From an uncultured Poribacteria bacterium (lineage in GTDB: Bacteria > Poribacteria > WGA-4E > WGA-3G): 64,000 nucleotides of DNA. The stretch lies in assembly GCA_958296135.2 (NCBI GenBank), contig CATQHZ020000001.1:1600001-1664000 (forward strand), in the 5' to 3' direction. The position numbers and the translations under genes are program-made. Under the pieces are notes generated by a model. That model was not told the origin of the DNA. It worked only from the letters and a program-made list of their open reading frames with translations, and ran no database searches. This document shows, in pieces, positions 48,993-57,880 of this stretch (positions within the stretch are counted from its first letter, which is position 1; each line of letters starts with the position of its first letter).

Positions 48993-49841
48993 ATGCGCAA
49001 ACTCAAAATTATCTTAGAGATGATTAAGTTTGAACATACCGTCTTCGCGTTGCCCTTCGCGTTGATGAGTGCGTTCATCGCCGCCGATGGCTTGCCATCG
49101 CTGGATAAACTGGGATGGATACTCGTCGCGATGGTAGGCGCGCGCAGCTGCGCCATGGCGTTTAACCGCCTCGCCGATTCGGAGATAGACCGGGTTAACC
49201 CGCGCACCTCCATGCGCGCGATTCCGGCTGGACTCATCACGAAAGGCGCAGTGTGGTGCTTCACCCTCGTCTCTGCAGGACTCTTAGTCCTTGCAGCATG
49301 GTGCCTGAATCCGCTCGCCTTCGCGCTGTCCCCGGTAGCACTCGCCGTGATTATGGGGTATTCCTATACCAAACGGTTCACCGCGCTGTCGCATTTCTGG
49401 CTCGGGCTTGCGCTCTCTATTTCGCCTGTTGGCGCGTGGATTGCAATAAAAGGTGGGTTTGATTGGCCCCCGATGGCTCTCTGTCTTGTGGTGCTACTCT
49501 GGACAGCGGGGTTTGACATTATCTACGCCTGCCAAGATCTCAATTTTGACCGGAAGCATGCTCTCCACTCTATTCCGGCACGACTCGGAATTCGTTCGGC
49601 GTTATGGGTTTCGGCGGCGTTGCATGTGGTTGCGGTGTTGCTCCTCCTCGGTATTCCCATGCTTACGGACTTGGGCATCTTCTATTTCATCGGGGTGGGA
49701 ATTGTGATGATAATCTTTATCTATGAACACGCCATCGTTAAACCGAATGACTTGTCCCGTGTGAACCTCGCCTTTTTTACGCTGAACGGCATGATTAGCC
49801 TGGTTTTGATGGTGCTTTCAATTGCCGATATTTTGTTGTAG
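48993..49841 (+). CDS. ubiA: UbiA-family (MqnP-like) aromatic polyprenyltransferase
   Basis: IKFEHTVFALPFA, NRLAD..ID..NPRT, YSYTKRF and GFDIIYACQD motifs. Confidence 0.85.
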   Translation: MRKLKIILEMIKFEHTVFALPFALMSAFIAADGLPSLDKLGWILVAMVGARSCAMAFNRLADSEIDRVNPRTSMRAIPAGLITKGAVWCFTLVSAGLLVLAAWCLNPLAFALSPVALAVIMGYSYTKRFTALSHFWLGLALSISPVGAWIAIKGGFDWPPMALCLVVLLWTAGFDIIYACQDLNFDRKHALHSIPARLGIRSALWVSAALHVVAVLLLLGIPMLTDLGIFYFIGVGIVMIIFIYEHAIVKPNDLSRVNLAFFTLNGMISLVLMVLSIADILL

Positions 49842-49924
49842 GGAGTTATCGCGCCGAGCGCGCTTCCTCTGAAACCGCCTTCAATCAGATTGTGCCTACC
49901 GGTTGCGAACGCTGGAGATAAAAA

Positions 49925-50749
49925 ATGAAACTTTCACTTTCTGTCCGTGTGGCAGAAACGGCATCCAAACGGGATGCCACCCATACTTTCGCGCAACTCA
50001 CCGCCTTGGCGGCGGAGCTCGGTTACGAAGCAGTCTGCATGCGTGCATCGCAAGTCGGTATCCAAACGCCTTTGGAGCAGATTACTGCCGCGCGCAAACA
50101 GGCGAAGTCACACAACCTTCATATCTCCATGGTCACGGGTGATTTTGCCGTGCCGCTCAACAACGATGAAGGCCCCAACGGCCTCCGAAACATAACACCT
50201 TATCTCGATTTAACGGCGTTGCTCGGCGCAGATCTCATCCGTATTGCTATGAAGGTAGAGGCGGATATTCCTTGGGCGCAGCGTGCTGCCGACGAAGCGG
50301 CTGAGCGCGGCATCCGCCTCGCGCATCAATCGCATACGCAAAGTCTGTTTGAAACGGTGGCGGGTTCGGTTGATGTGCTGAAACGCGTCGGCAGACAAAA
50401 TTTCGGGATTATCTATGAACCGGCGAACCTCGATCTGTGTGCGCAGGATTACGGTGCCGAGACGCTCAAGCGGTTTTCGCCGTATCTCTTCAACGTCTAT
50501 CTCCAGAACCACATCCGCCGCCCGATGGGGAAAACGCGCCTCCTGACGTGGATTCAGGGAGTCATTCCACACGACATGATTCCCTTGCAGGAGAAAGGCG
50601 GCATCGATTTTCCGCTCGTCTTTCGAGGGTTGGAAGCAATCGGTTACGATGGCTATGTGACAGTGCATCAGGCATTCCGTGAGATAATGGAGCCTGAAGA
50701 CGCAGCGGCGCAGAGTTACGCGTATCTCAAGCCGTTCTGTAAAGGTTAA
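49925..50749 (+). CDS. Sugar phosphate isomerase/epimerase (xylose isomerase-like TIM barrel)
   Basis: AAELGYEAV, GIIYEPANL and L.AIGYDGYVTV motifs. Confidence 0.75.
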   Translation: MKLSLSVRVAETASKRDATHTFAQLTALAAELGYEAVCMRASQVGIQTPLEQITAARKQAKSHNLHISMVTGDFAVPLNNDEGPNGLRNITPYLDLTALLGADLIRIAMKVEADIPWAQRAADEAAERGIRLAHQSHTQSLFETVAGSVDVLKRVGRQNFGIIYEPANLDLCAQDYGAETLKRFSPYLFNVYLQNHIRRPMGKTRLLTWIQGVIPHDMIPLQEKGGIDFPLVFRGLEAIGYDGYVTVHQAFREIMEPEDAAAQSYAYLKPFCKG

Positions 50750-50753
50750 TTTT

Positions 50754-52268
50754 ATGAGCCTGCAACGTCCCAACATCCTCATTATCACGACGGACCAGCA
50801 GCGCACCGACAGCCTCAGCTGCTACGGTTCAACGTTTACGGATACGCCGCATATTGACAGACTTGCAGCGGAGGGAGTCTGTTTTGAGCGTGCGTATTGT
50901 GCAAATCCGGTGTGCACGCCTGCTCGCGCATCTCTTTTTTCGGGGAGGTTTGTTAGCCGCCACGGCGCGTGGAACGTCGGCATGAACGTTCCTGACGATG
51001 AACCGCTCATTTCGCATCGGCTTGCAGCAGAAGGGTATCGCACGCACTACATCGGCAAAGCGCATTTTCAACCTTTCGGCGCGTCCGCCGCGCAATCTGT
51101 TGAAGTGCTAGGCGATACGACGCGCTACCCCGAATTCCGCGGGCCCTACTATGGATTTGAGACGGTGGAGCTCGCCCTCGGCCACGCCACTTATGGTATC
51201 GCTGGCCATTACGGCGAGTGGGTAAAAGCGCAGGTTTCCGAAGAGGAGTTTGCCACTTATCCCAAAGCAACACGCCTTGCGAAAACCGGCTTCGGCGGAG
51301 AGGCGTATGATTGGGAGATGCCGCTGGCATACCATAATAGCGTCTGGACAGCGGACCGGACGATAGACTTCTTGACTAACCGAGATGCAACGCAGCCGTT
51401 CCTCTTGGCGGTGGGATTTCAGGATCCGCATCATCCGCATTGTGTTCCCACCGATTTTGCCGAGCGCGTTGACCCGGGGCAGGTGCCCCTCCCGGACTTC
51501 GTGGAAGACGAATTAGACGACAAGCCGCCCCATTTTCTGGAAGCGCGCCGCGGGCAGCTTGAAAAATCGGATATCCGTGGCACATTCCCTATCGCAGGAC
51601 AGGGCGGCGGTGCCGATTTTCGCAAAGTCTCCGAAGACGATGCCCGCTTTGGGCGGGCATATTACTACAACATGGTGAAAATCATCGATTCACAGATGGG
51701 GCGCGTTTTGGAATGTCTAGATGCGTGCGGATTGACAGAAAACACGCTGGTGATTTTCACGACAGACCACGGCGAATTGCTCGGAGACCACGGGTTGTGG
51801 ATGAAAGGTCCCTTTCACTACGAACAACTTATCCGCGTGCCGATGCTAATGCGGATGCCTTCAGTGGTGCCAGCCGGACAACAGACGCAGGCGTTATTCA
51901 GCCACGTCGATATTGTGCCGACACTCCTCGCCGCTGTCGGGCTGTCTGTCCCTTCAGAGATTGATGGCGTGAACGCCTTGCCGCTACTCACCGGTAAAAC
52001 GGATGCCGTTCGGGATTCCGTGTTGGTGGAATGCGTGGACGATCCAAGCGGCTTGCGCCTCAAAACTATCGTGACTGACACGCGGAAATTGACGTGGTAT
52101 TGTGGGAAAACCTATGGCGAACTCTACAATCTGGAGCGTGACCCGGGTGAGCGCATCAATCAGTGGGACAACGCCGCCTGCGCGGCCGACAAGGCACATC
52201 TTCTCGGCCGCATTCTTGAGGAAATGGAGCCGTTGGAAAAGCGGGTGGAGCGGCTCTCCTACGCGTAA
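50754..52268 (+). CDS. Sulfatase
   Basis: RPNILIITTDQQR, CTPAR, GKAH, DPHHP and TTDHGE motifs. Confidence 0.92.
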   Translation: MSLQRPNILIITTDQQRTDSLSCYGSTFTDTPHIDRLAAEGVCFERAYCANPVCTPARASLFSGRFVSRHGAWNVGMNVPDDEPLISHRLAAEGYRTHYIGKAHFQPFGASAAQSVEVLGDTTRYPEFRGPYYGFETVELALGHATYGIAGHYGEWVKAQVSEEEFATYPKATRLAKTGFGGEAYDWEMPLAYHNSVWTADRTIDFLTNRDATQPFLLAVGFQDPHHPHCVPTDFAERVDPGQVPLPDFVEDELDDKPPHFLEARRGQLEKSDIRGTFPIAGQGGGADFRKVSEDDARFGRAYYYNMVKIIDSQMGRVLECLDACGLTENTLVIFTTDHGELLGDHGLWMKGPFHYEQLIRVPMLMRMPSVVPAGQQTQALFSHVDIVPTLLAAVGLSVPSEIDGVNALPLLTGKTDAVRDSVLVECVDDPSGLRLKTIVTDTRKLTWYCGKTYGELYNLERDPGERINQWDNAACAADKAHLLGRILEEMEPLEKRVERLSYA

Positions 52269-52429
52269 AAGAGAAACGAGCCAAAATCGCGGATGTCTAG
52301 GGGGCAGAAGTTCCAATTCTCTCAGAGTTTCCTGAAGAGAAATCTGTTTAATTCGCGGCGGCAAATCAAGCCGATACAATTCACTCTACGAAATAGTTAA
52401 CCATTTTGTCAACGAAAAAGGATTTTCCG

Positions 52430-53188
52430 ATGCCACAAACTGCAATTTTTCATCCCTACATTTTCGGAGAGGAAGAGCGGAAAACGATGGACCGGGATGG
52501 GCATTTCGTTTTTCCCGGCTTGCTAGTGCCTGAGGCCCAAGAACAATTACAAAAATCGTTGTCGCACATTCAGACGCTAGCACGCAACGCCAAGGCAGGC
52601 CATGAACCGAACCGATTTTCAGCGGAGTATGACAGTTATCTTGAGCGCCTGATTGCGCATCCGCAGCTGCTTGAACTCGCGAGGAAAGTGCTTGGCGACG
52701 AAATTCGCTTCGATCACTGCGTCAGTCTGAATCGTCCTGGCGGCAATCGCGGTATCGGCTGGCACAGCCACGGGTACGCCGAGGATGAACCGCGCTTAGG
52801 TTTCGTCCGAATCTTCTTCTACGTCAACGGATTTGAGGCAGATGATGGCGGGTTGAAGGCGGTTCCCGGGAGCCATCTGTATCGGGATGCCAAGATTCAT
52901 GCTGAGTCGGATGAAGTGCTGCGTGCCGGGTGGATGGCAGGCAAGATGCACCCAGAGACAAGTGAACCTCTGGAAATTGAAGCGTTATCCGCACCGCCGG
53001 GGACGATGGTATTGATGTGGACGCACGCGGCGCACGCTGTCACCCCAAGAAAATCGGGGAGTGAGACGCGGTGGTGCGTCGTCTACGCCTATCGGAACCC
53101 CGGCAGACCCTCGGGTGCCCGATGGATTACCCCCGAATTTGAGCGAAAACCTATCCTCGGTGCAGAAGGGTTGATGTCGCTATACTAA
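52430..53188 (+). CDS. Phytanoyl-CoA dioxygenase (PhyH) family protein
   Basis: RDGHFV, WHSH, VPGSH and HAAH motifs. Confidence 0.78.
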   Translation: MPQTAIFHPYIFGEEERKTMDRDGHFVFPGLLVPEAQEQLQKSLSHIQTLARNAKAGHEPNRFSAEYDSYLERLIAHPQLLELARKVLGDEIRFDHCVSLNRPGGNRGIGWHSHGYAEDEPRLGFVRIFFYVNGFEADDGGLKAVPGSHLYRDAKIHAESDEVLRAGWMAGKMHPETSEPLEIEALSAPPGTMVLMWTHAAHAVTPRKSGSETRWCVVYAYRNPGRPSGARWITPEFERKPILGAEGLMSLY

Positions 53189-53271
53189 CCGTCGAATGCG
53201 CCCGGTAGGCGCGGTTTCAAACCACGCCTACCCACGCGAGCCTTCCGGAAATGCACGCAATTCCGCACGCG

Positions 53272-54063
53272 CTATCGCATCCGTTTGATGCGCCCCCATG
53301 TGCTCGCCAATTTGCCAACAGCAGAGACATCGGAAGCTTCCTCAAGTCCGTTGTCCATGATGTTCTTGAGCTCGTCGTCAGTGAGTGGCGTGTTAAAAAC
53401 GCCGACATCGTCCAGCACTCCCCTGAAGTCCCAACCCGGATTTTTCCATGTCGCGAGCCAGATTGAACCTTGGTGTGGTGCGGGCGTTGCCGCATGCGGC
53501 TTGTCATCAGCTTTCCCGACTGCTTTATCGGCGACAAATTCGCCATCAACGTAGAGTTGAATCACATCGCCATCGTAAGTGATTGCGACAAAACTCCATG
53601 CATCCTGTTTCCATGCGCCGCCTCGCACATGCGTTGCCGCCTGATCGGCGTTGACTGCGATACTGCCATAAAAATCAGCGGGACCGATTTGTATGGTAGG
53701 GTTATGCCAATCCCGTTCAATCACGCGCGTGTTGACGTTGGGTGGAGCCTCGGTCGGTTTCACCCAGAGGAGGTAAGTGAAGCCGTTAAGATAGTCATCG
53801 GTTGTTTTGCTCGCCGGTATCTCAACGTGCCCTGTGCCATCGAACTCAAGTCCCTTGCCGAGTTTTCCATCCACCCATTTCGCCTTCACGATCTTTCCAT
53901 CGTTTCCGTTTCCGGAAGAGTCTTTGACTTTGTCGCCCTGTCCTTCGTCAAGGAGCCAGATGCCGACGATCGACCCCGGGTCGAGCCTTGCTGCATCGGG
54001 TTCTTCATAAGAGATGGCTATCAGAGTTATGAGACAAAGCATCATCAATATTACACTTTTCAT
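53272..54063 (-). CDS. Exported LamG-like jellyroll protein with Poribacteria-type C-terminal tail
   Basis: Signal peptide; W.LDEG.G..V.DSSGNGNDG; W.FVAITYDG..LYVDG; ends DVSAVGKLASTWGRIK. Confidence 0.85.
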   Translation of the reverse strand: MKSVILMMLCLITLIAISYEEPDAARLDPGSIVGIWLLDEGQGDKVKDSSGNGNDGKIVKAKWVDGKLGKGLEFDGTGHVEIPASKTTDDYLNGFTYLLWVKPTEAPPNVNTRVIERDWHNPTIQIGPADFYGSIAVNADQAATHVRGGAWKQDAWSFVAITYDGDVIQLYVDGEFVADKAVGKADDKPHAATPAPHQGSIWLATWKNPGWDFRGVLDDVGVFNTPLTDDELKNIMDNGLEEASDVSAVGKLASTWGRIKRMR

Positions 54064-54117
54064 TTCGTATTGTTCTCCTTTCAGTGGCTATGTACCAAAA
54101 CGAGTCAGTTCTCCCCT

Positions 54118-54275
54118 CTGTAGTTCGGGCTCGCAGCCCTCCGATGTTATACCAAATGAAGTTGATTTGCCTCGCACCTGTAGGTCAAGATCGGTAGCTC
54201 TTGACCCGTTCGGGCTCAGGCGAGCCCGAACGACTCAGGTTAATTTAGTATTAGTGACATCGGGAGCCCGAACAG
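54118..54275. repeat. REP family TTCGGGCTC..GAGCCCGAA (also 10815-10836 and 61327-61376)
   Basis: GTAGTTCGGGCTCGCA, TTCGGGCTCAGGCGAGCCCGAA and GTGACATCGGGAGCCCGAAC; inverted copy at 61327-61376. Confidence 0.65.
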
Positions 54276-54473
54276 TGGGAATTGCTGCAGGACAGTTGTC
54301 ACCGATTAATGTTAATATCAAAAACGGAAAAACTGAAGCGTTCTGGGCCATTCACGGCTTGACTTGGACTGCATTCCGCTAAACCCGATTTTAGCAAAAT
54401 TCCGGGCACTTGTCAAGGAAGATGTGAAAATTCCACAAATGCATTTCAGATTTATGGACGAGGCGGATGCTGT

Positions 54474-54932
54474 TTACAACACATCATCAGTTCTCAACAC
54501 AGAACCAGCCACCCGGATGCCGTTCCGATCTAACAACCTGCGATAACTGCCCCTTTTCAGCATGGGTTCAGTGCCACCACTGGAGACCCAGTGATAAGTG
54601 CTCCGATGTTCCAAATCTTCAAGGTTTTGGGCAGAACGTTTACGCCACTGCTTTAACCAAACGCATTTCGCGATGACGTTTTTCACTTCGCCGGTGCTAC
54701 CGGCCGGGTGAACTTCAACGTAGTAAATCCGACCTTTATAGCCGAGCACGTAGTCCCATCGCGAATCGTTTGGATAGAGTTTTTCGAGACACTTATCTAT
54801 ATTCACGCTGCCTTCCAAAGCGCGCGTTGTGTCCACTTTAATCCTATTCCTGTCTGGCCCCAACGCTTGTAATCCGGGTTTCAGACACGCTGCAATTTCC
54901 GGAGTATCCTGCACCGCGTCAACAAAACTCAT
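54474..54932 (-). CDS. Small putative PD-(D/E)xK-like nuclease, copy B
   Basis: RWDYVLGY...YYVEVH; ATGA overlap with the ATPase. Confidence 0.6.
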   Translation of the reverse strand: MSFVDAVQDTPEIAACLKPGLQALGPDRNRIKVDTTRALEGSVNIDKCLEKLYPNDSRWDYVLGYKGRIYYVEVHPAGSTGEVKNVIAKCVWLKQWRKRSAQNLEDLEHRSTYHWVSSGGTEPMLKRGSYRRLLDRNGIRVAGSVLRTDDVL

Positions 54933-56083
54933 AGGTTATCCTCCCATATTGCTGCGGTGAGAATCTCAGACACCTTCGTACTGAATAGGGTAAGTCCTCC
55001 CCAGTCTGACACATCTTCGTCCGGATGTCCGGGATGGAGGGTTGAAATGTCTTTGACATTCACGACACTTTTCCGCCGAGAGAAATAGTAGGTGCTGAAC
55101 GTCTTTTCAAGCCCGGTTTTTGCAAGATCTTTGGCAAAGGCAGTGGGTTTCAAATCCAACACCTTCAATAACCGTTTCATTGGCGCGGATCTTTCTTCAG
55201 CGATAATCCGTATCGCCCAGATCAGCTCCAGTATTTGCGGCGAATGCGTGGAGACGATGACACGGTAGCCGCGCTCCAAGAGCTCCAAGAAAATAAGCAG
55301 CAAGGCTGAGATGGCTTTCGGATGCAACCCCAGTTCCGGTTCTTCAATGACAACCCAATCAAGACCGGCTTTCTTCTTCGCGCTGCCTGAGGGCATTAAC
55401 CAATAAAGTCCCAGCAGTAGCGGCGTGAATTCCCGCTGGCCGGCAGACCAGGCCATAAACGGCAATCGGTTGCCCGCGACATCCAAGACAATGCGCCGAC
55501 GCGGCCCGGATTTATCCAAATTGACTTGAGCCGATCCAAAGATGCTTTCTCCAATTGCATCCCGGATCGCTTTGTTCATGCGGCCCTCCTGCGGAAAGAG
55601 GGCACCTTCTCCTGAGCCCAATCCGGCTCCCATCAATCGCCGCAATTGCTCACTGAATTGCCTCACGACATACGGATCACCGATAGCATAATCCATAAAC
55701 GCGCGTGGCCATCCATCTCTGAGTGTGACAACCCGTTGCGCGGGAATTAGGAAGAGCGATTCCGCTTTTTTCCTGCCTTTTCTGGATAACGCCTTATCCA
55801 GCGCGAAATCTCTGCAGTCAACGGTTATTTTTGTCGCATCAGACCAGATGCCTTCCATCCCCTCACCGAAATAGAGGTATAAAAACGCCTCGGGGTTTTC
55901 GTGCCAATCAAACCCGTGTGTTTTGAGGGTGCAGGTAATGTTGTCTGCGTCTAAAATTAACTTGATAAGTTGGAGCAGTATGCTTTTCCCACTGGCTTGT
56001 TCGCCGACAAACACCGTCATGTCCCCGAAGGTGATATCGGCTTCGGAAATTTGCCCCAGTGAAGTTAGGACAATGCGATTCAT
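54929..56083 (-). CDS. AAA/ABC-type ATPase (AAA_21-like), copy B
   Basis: GEQASGKS, SAGQRE, IEEPELGLHP and STHS motifs; start at 56083 after GAGG. Confidence 0.85.
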   Translation of the reverse strand: MNRIVLTSLGQISEADITFGDMTVFVGEQASGKSILLQLIKLILDADNITCTLKTHGFDWHENPEAFLYLYFGEGMEGIWSDATKITVDCRDFALDKALSRKGRKKAESLFLIPAQRVVTLRDGWPRAFMDYAIGDPYVVRQFSEQLRRLMGAGLGSGEGALFPQEGRMNKAIRDAIGESIFGSAQVNLDKSGPRRRIVLDVAGNRLPFMAWSAGQREFTPLLLGLYWLMPSGSAKKKAGLDWVVIEEPELGLHPKAISALLLIFLELLERGYRVIVSTHSPQILELIWAIRIIAEERSAPMKRLLKVLDLKPTAFAKDLAKTGLEKTFSTYYFSRRKSVVNVKDISTLHPGHPDEDVSDWGGLTLFSTKVSEILTAAIWEDNL

Positions 56084-56183
56084 AAGTTGCCTCACCTCCA
56101 TCGGATTCTTTTGATACCCTATTTTACCAAAATCTCGGTGTGATGACAAGGGAAATGTTAAAATTCCCCGATGCCATGCAGAT

Positions 56184-56663
56184 TCATAGGTGTCGAGGAC
56201 TGTGCTTAGACACATCGTCAGTGTTTAGCACAGCATCAGGCCCTACGATGCGATTTTTCAACAACAAGTTGCGATACTTCCGGTCTTTCGCGAAGGCTGT
56301 CGCAATTTTACCCGTGGAAACCCAATGATAACTACTCCGACGCTCCAAATCTTCAAGCGGCTTTGAGGAGCGTTTACGCCACTGCTTTAACCACGCTAAT
56401 TTCGCGAGAATGCTCCCTATCTCACTCGTACGTCCTTGGTGAACTTCAACATAGAAGACCCGGGTTTTGTAGCCGAACACGTAATCCCAGCGCGGCGCGT
56501 CTGGGTACTCCTTCGCGAGGCAGGTGTCAATGTCAACACTTCCAGACAACTCGCGCGTTGAGTCCACTTTGACTTTATTACGATTTGAACCCAACCCCTG
56601 TAATCCCGATTTGAGACACTCGGCAATTTCAGGGGTGTTCCGAACCGCTTCAGCAAAATTCAC
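56184..56663 (-). CDS. Small putative PD-(D/E)xK-like nuclease, copy A
   Basis: GTG start overlapping the ATPase TGA; RWDYVFGY...FYVEVH; paralog of 54474-54932. Confidence 0.6.
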   Translation of the reverse strand: MNFAEAVRNTPEIAECLKSGLQGLGSNRNKVKVDSTRELSGSVDIDTCLAKEYPDAPRWDYVFGYKTRVFYVEVHQGRTSEIGSILAKLAWLKQWRKRSSKPLEDLERRSSYHWVSTGKIATAFAKDRKYRNLLLKNRIVGPDAVLNTDDVSKHSPRHL

Positions 56664-57811
56664 AAATCTCCCTCCCATATCGCCGCAGTGAGGATATCCG
56701 CCACCTGCGTGCTGAAGAGTGTCAACCCACCCCAATCGGATACAGCATCATCCGCATCCTCCGGATCGAGGGTTGAAATATCCTTGACAGGCACAATCTC
56801 GTCTGCAGGAGAGAAGTAGTAGGTTTTGAAACTCTTCTCAAACACTGTCTCCGCCAACTTCTTGGAGCCGGGCTCGGGTTTTAACCCCAACAATTCCAAC
56901 AGCCATTTTGGGCCGGCATTTCCTTCGGCAAGGAATTGGATTGCCCATATCAGTTCCACGATTTGTGAGGCATGCGTAGAGACTACAACTCGGTAGCCGT
57001 GCTTCAAGAGTTCCAAAAGAACCAGGAGCAGTGCCGAAACGGCTTTCGGATGCAACCCCGCTTCCGGCTCTTCAATCACAACCCAATTGCCCTGATTTTT
57101 GTTCGCCGCGCCTCTCACAGGCATTAAGGAGTAAAGCCCCATCAACAACGGCGTAAACTCGCGCTGCCCCGAAGACCAGGCCATAAACGGCAACTGGTTG
57201 CCTGCAACATCTAAAACAATGCGTTTCCGTAATCCAGACCGGTCCAACTTGACTTCGGCAGTACCGAAGACACTCTTTCCAACTGCTTCCCGGATGATTT
57301 TATTCAGCCGATGCGTATATGGAAAGATAACTCCTTCAGTTGTGCCTAAACCGCTATCCAGTAAGCATCGCAATTGCTCACTAAATCGCTTCACGGCGTA
57401 AGGCGCACCACTTGCATAATCTGTGAAGCAACGCGGCCACCCATCTTTGAGCGTCATAACTCGTTGTGCGGGAATCAGGCAGACTGACTCCGCTTTCTTC
57501 CTGCCTTTTCTCGCTAAAACCTTCTCCAGCACAAACGCCTCACCATCAACAATTAGTTGAGTCTCGCCAGACCAGATGCCTTCCATCCCCTCACCGAAAT
57601 AGAGGTATAAAAACGCCTCGGGGTTTTCGTGCCAATCAAACCCGTGTGTTTTGAGGGTGCAGGTAATGTTGTCTGCGTCTAAAATTAACTTGATAAGTTG
57701 GAGCAGTATGCTTTTCCCACTGGCTTGTTCGCCGACAAACACCGTCATGTCCCCGAAGGTGATATCGGCTTCCGGAATTTGTCCTAGTGAAGTTAGGCGA
57801 ATTCGTTCCAT
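56660..57811 (-). CDS. AAA/ABC-type ATPase (AAA_21-like), copy A
   Basis: GEQASGKS, SSGQRE, IEEPEAGLHP and STHA motifs; AGGAGG RBS. Confidence 0.85.
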   Translation of the reverse strand: MERIRLTSLGQIPEADITFGDMTVFVGEQASGKSILLQLIKLILDADNITCTLKTHGFDWHENPEAFLYLYFGEGMEGIWSGETQLIVDGEAFVLEKVLARKGRKKAESVCLIPAQRVMTLKDGWPRCFTDYASGAPYAVKRFSEQLRCLLDSGLGTTEGVIFPYTHRLNKIIREAVGKSVFGTAEVKLDRSGLRKRIVLDVAGNQLPFMAWSSGQREFTPLLMGLYSLMPVRGAANKNQGNWVVIEEPEAGLHPKAVSALLLVLLELLKHGYRVVVSTHASQIVELIWAIQFLAEGNAGPKWLLELLGLKPEPGSKKLAETVFEKSFKTYYFSPADEIVPVKDISTLDPEDADDAVSDWGGLTLFSTQVADILTAAIWEGDL

Positions 57812-57880
57812 CAGCTGTCCCTCCTGTCTTGATACCTATTCTATCACAAATTCGGGCGTGTGTCAAGGGTCAGACAGTCT

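Noticed and set aside
55840-57772. Diversity-generating retroelement template/variable repeat pair
   Set aside because: The tracts are identical rather than differing at adenines, and there is no reverse transcriptase in the window.
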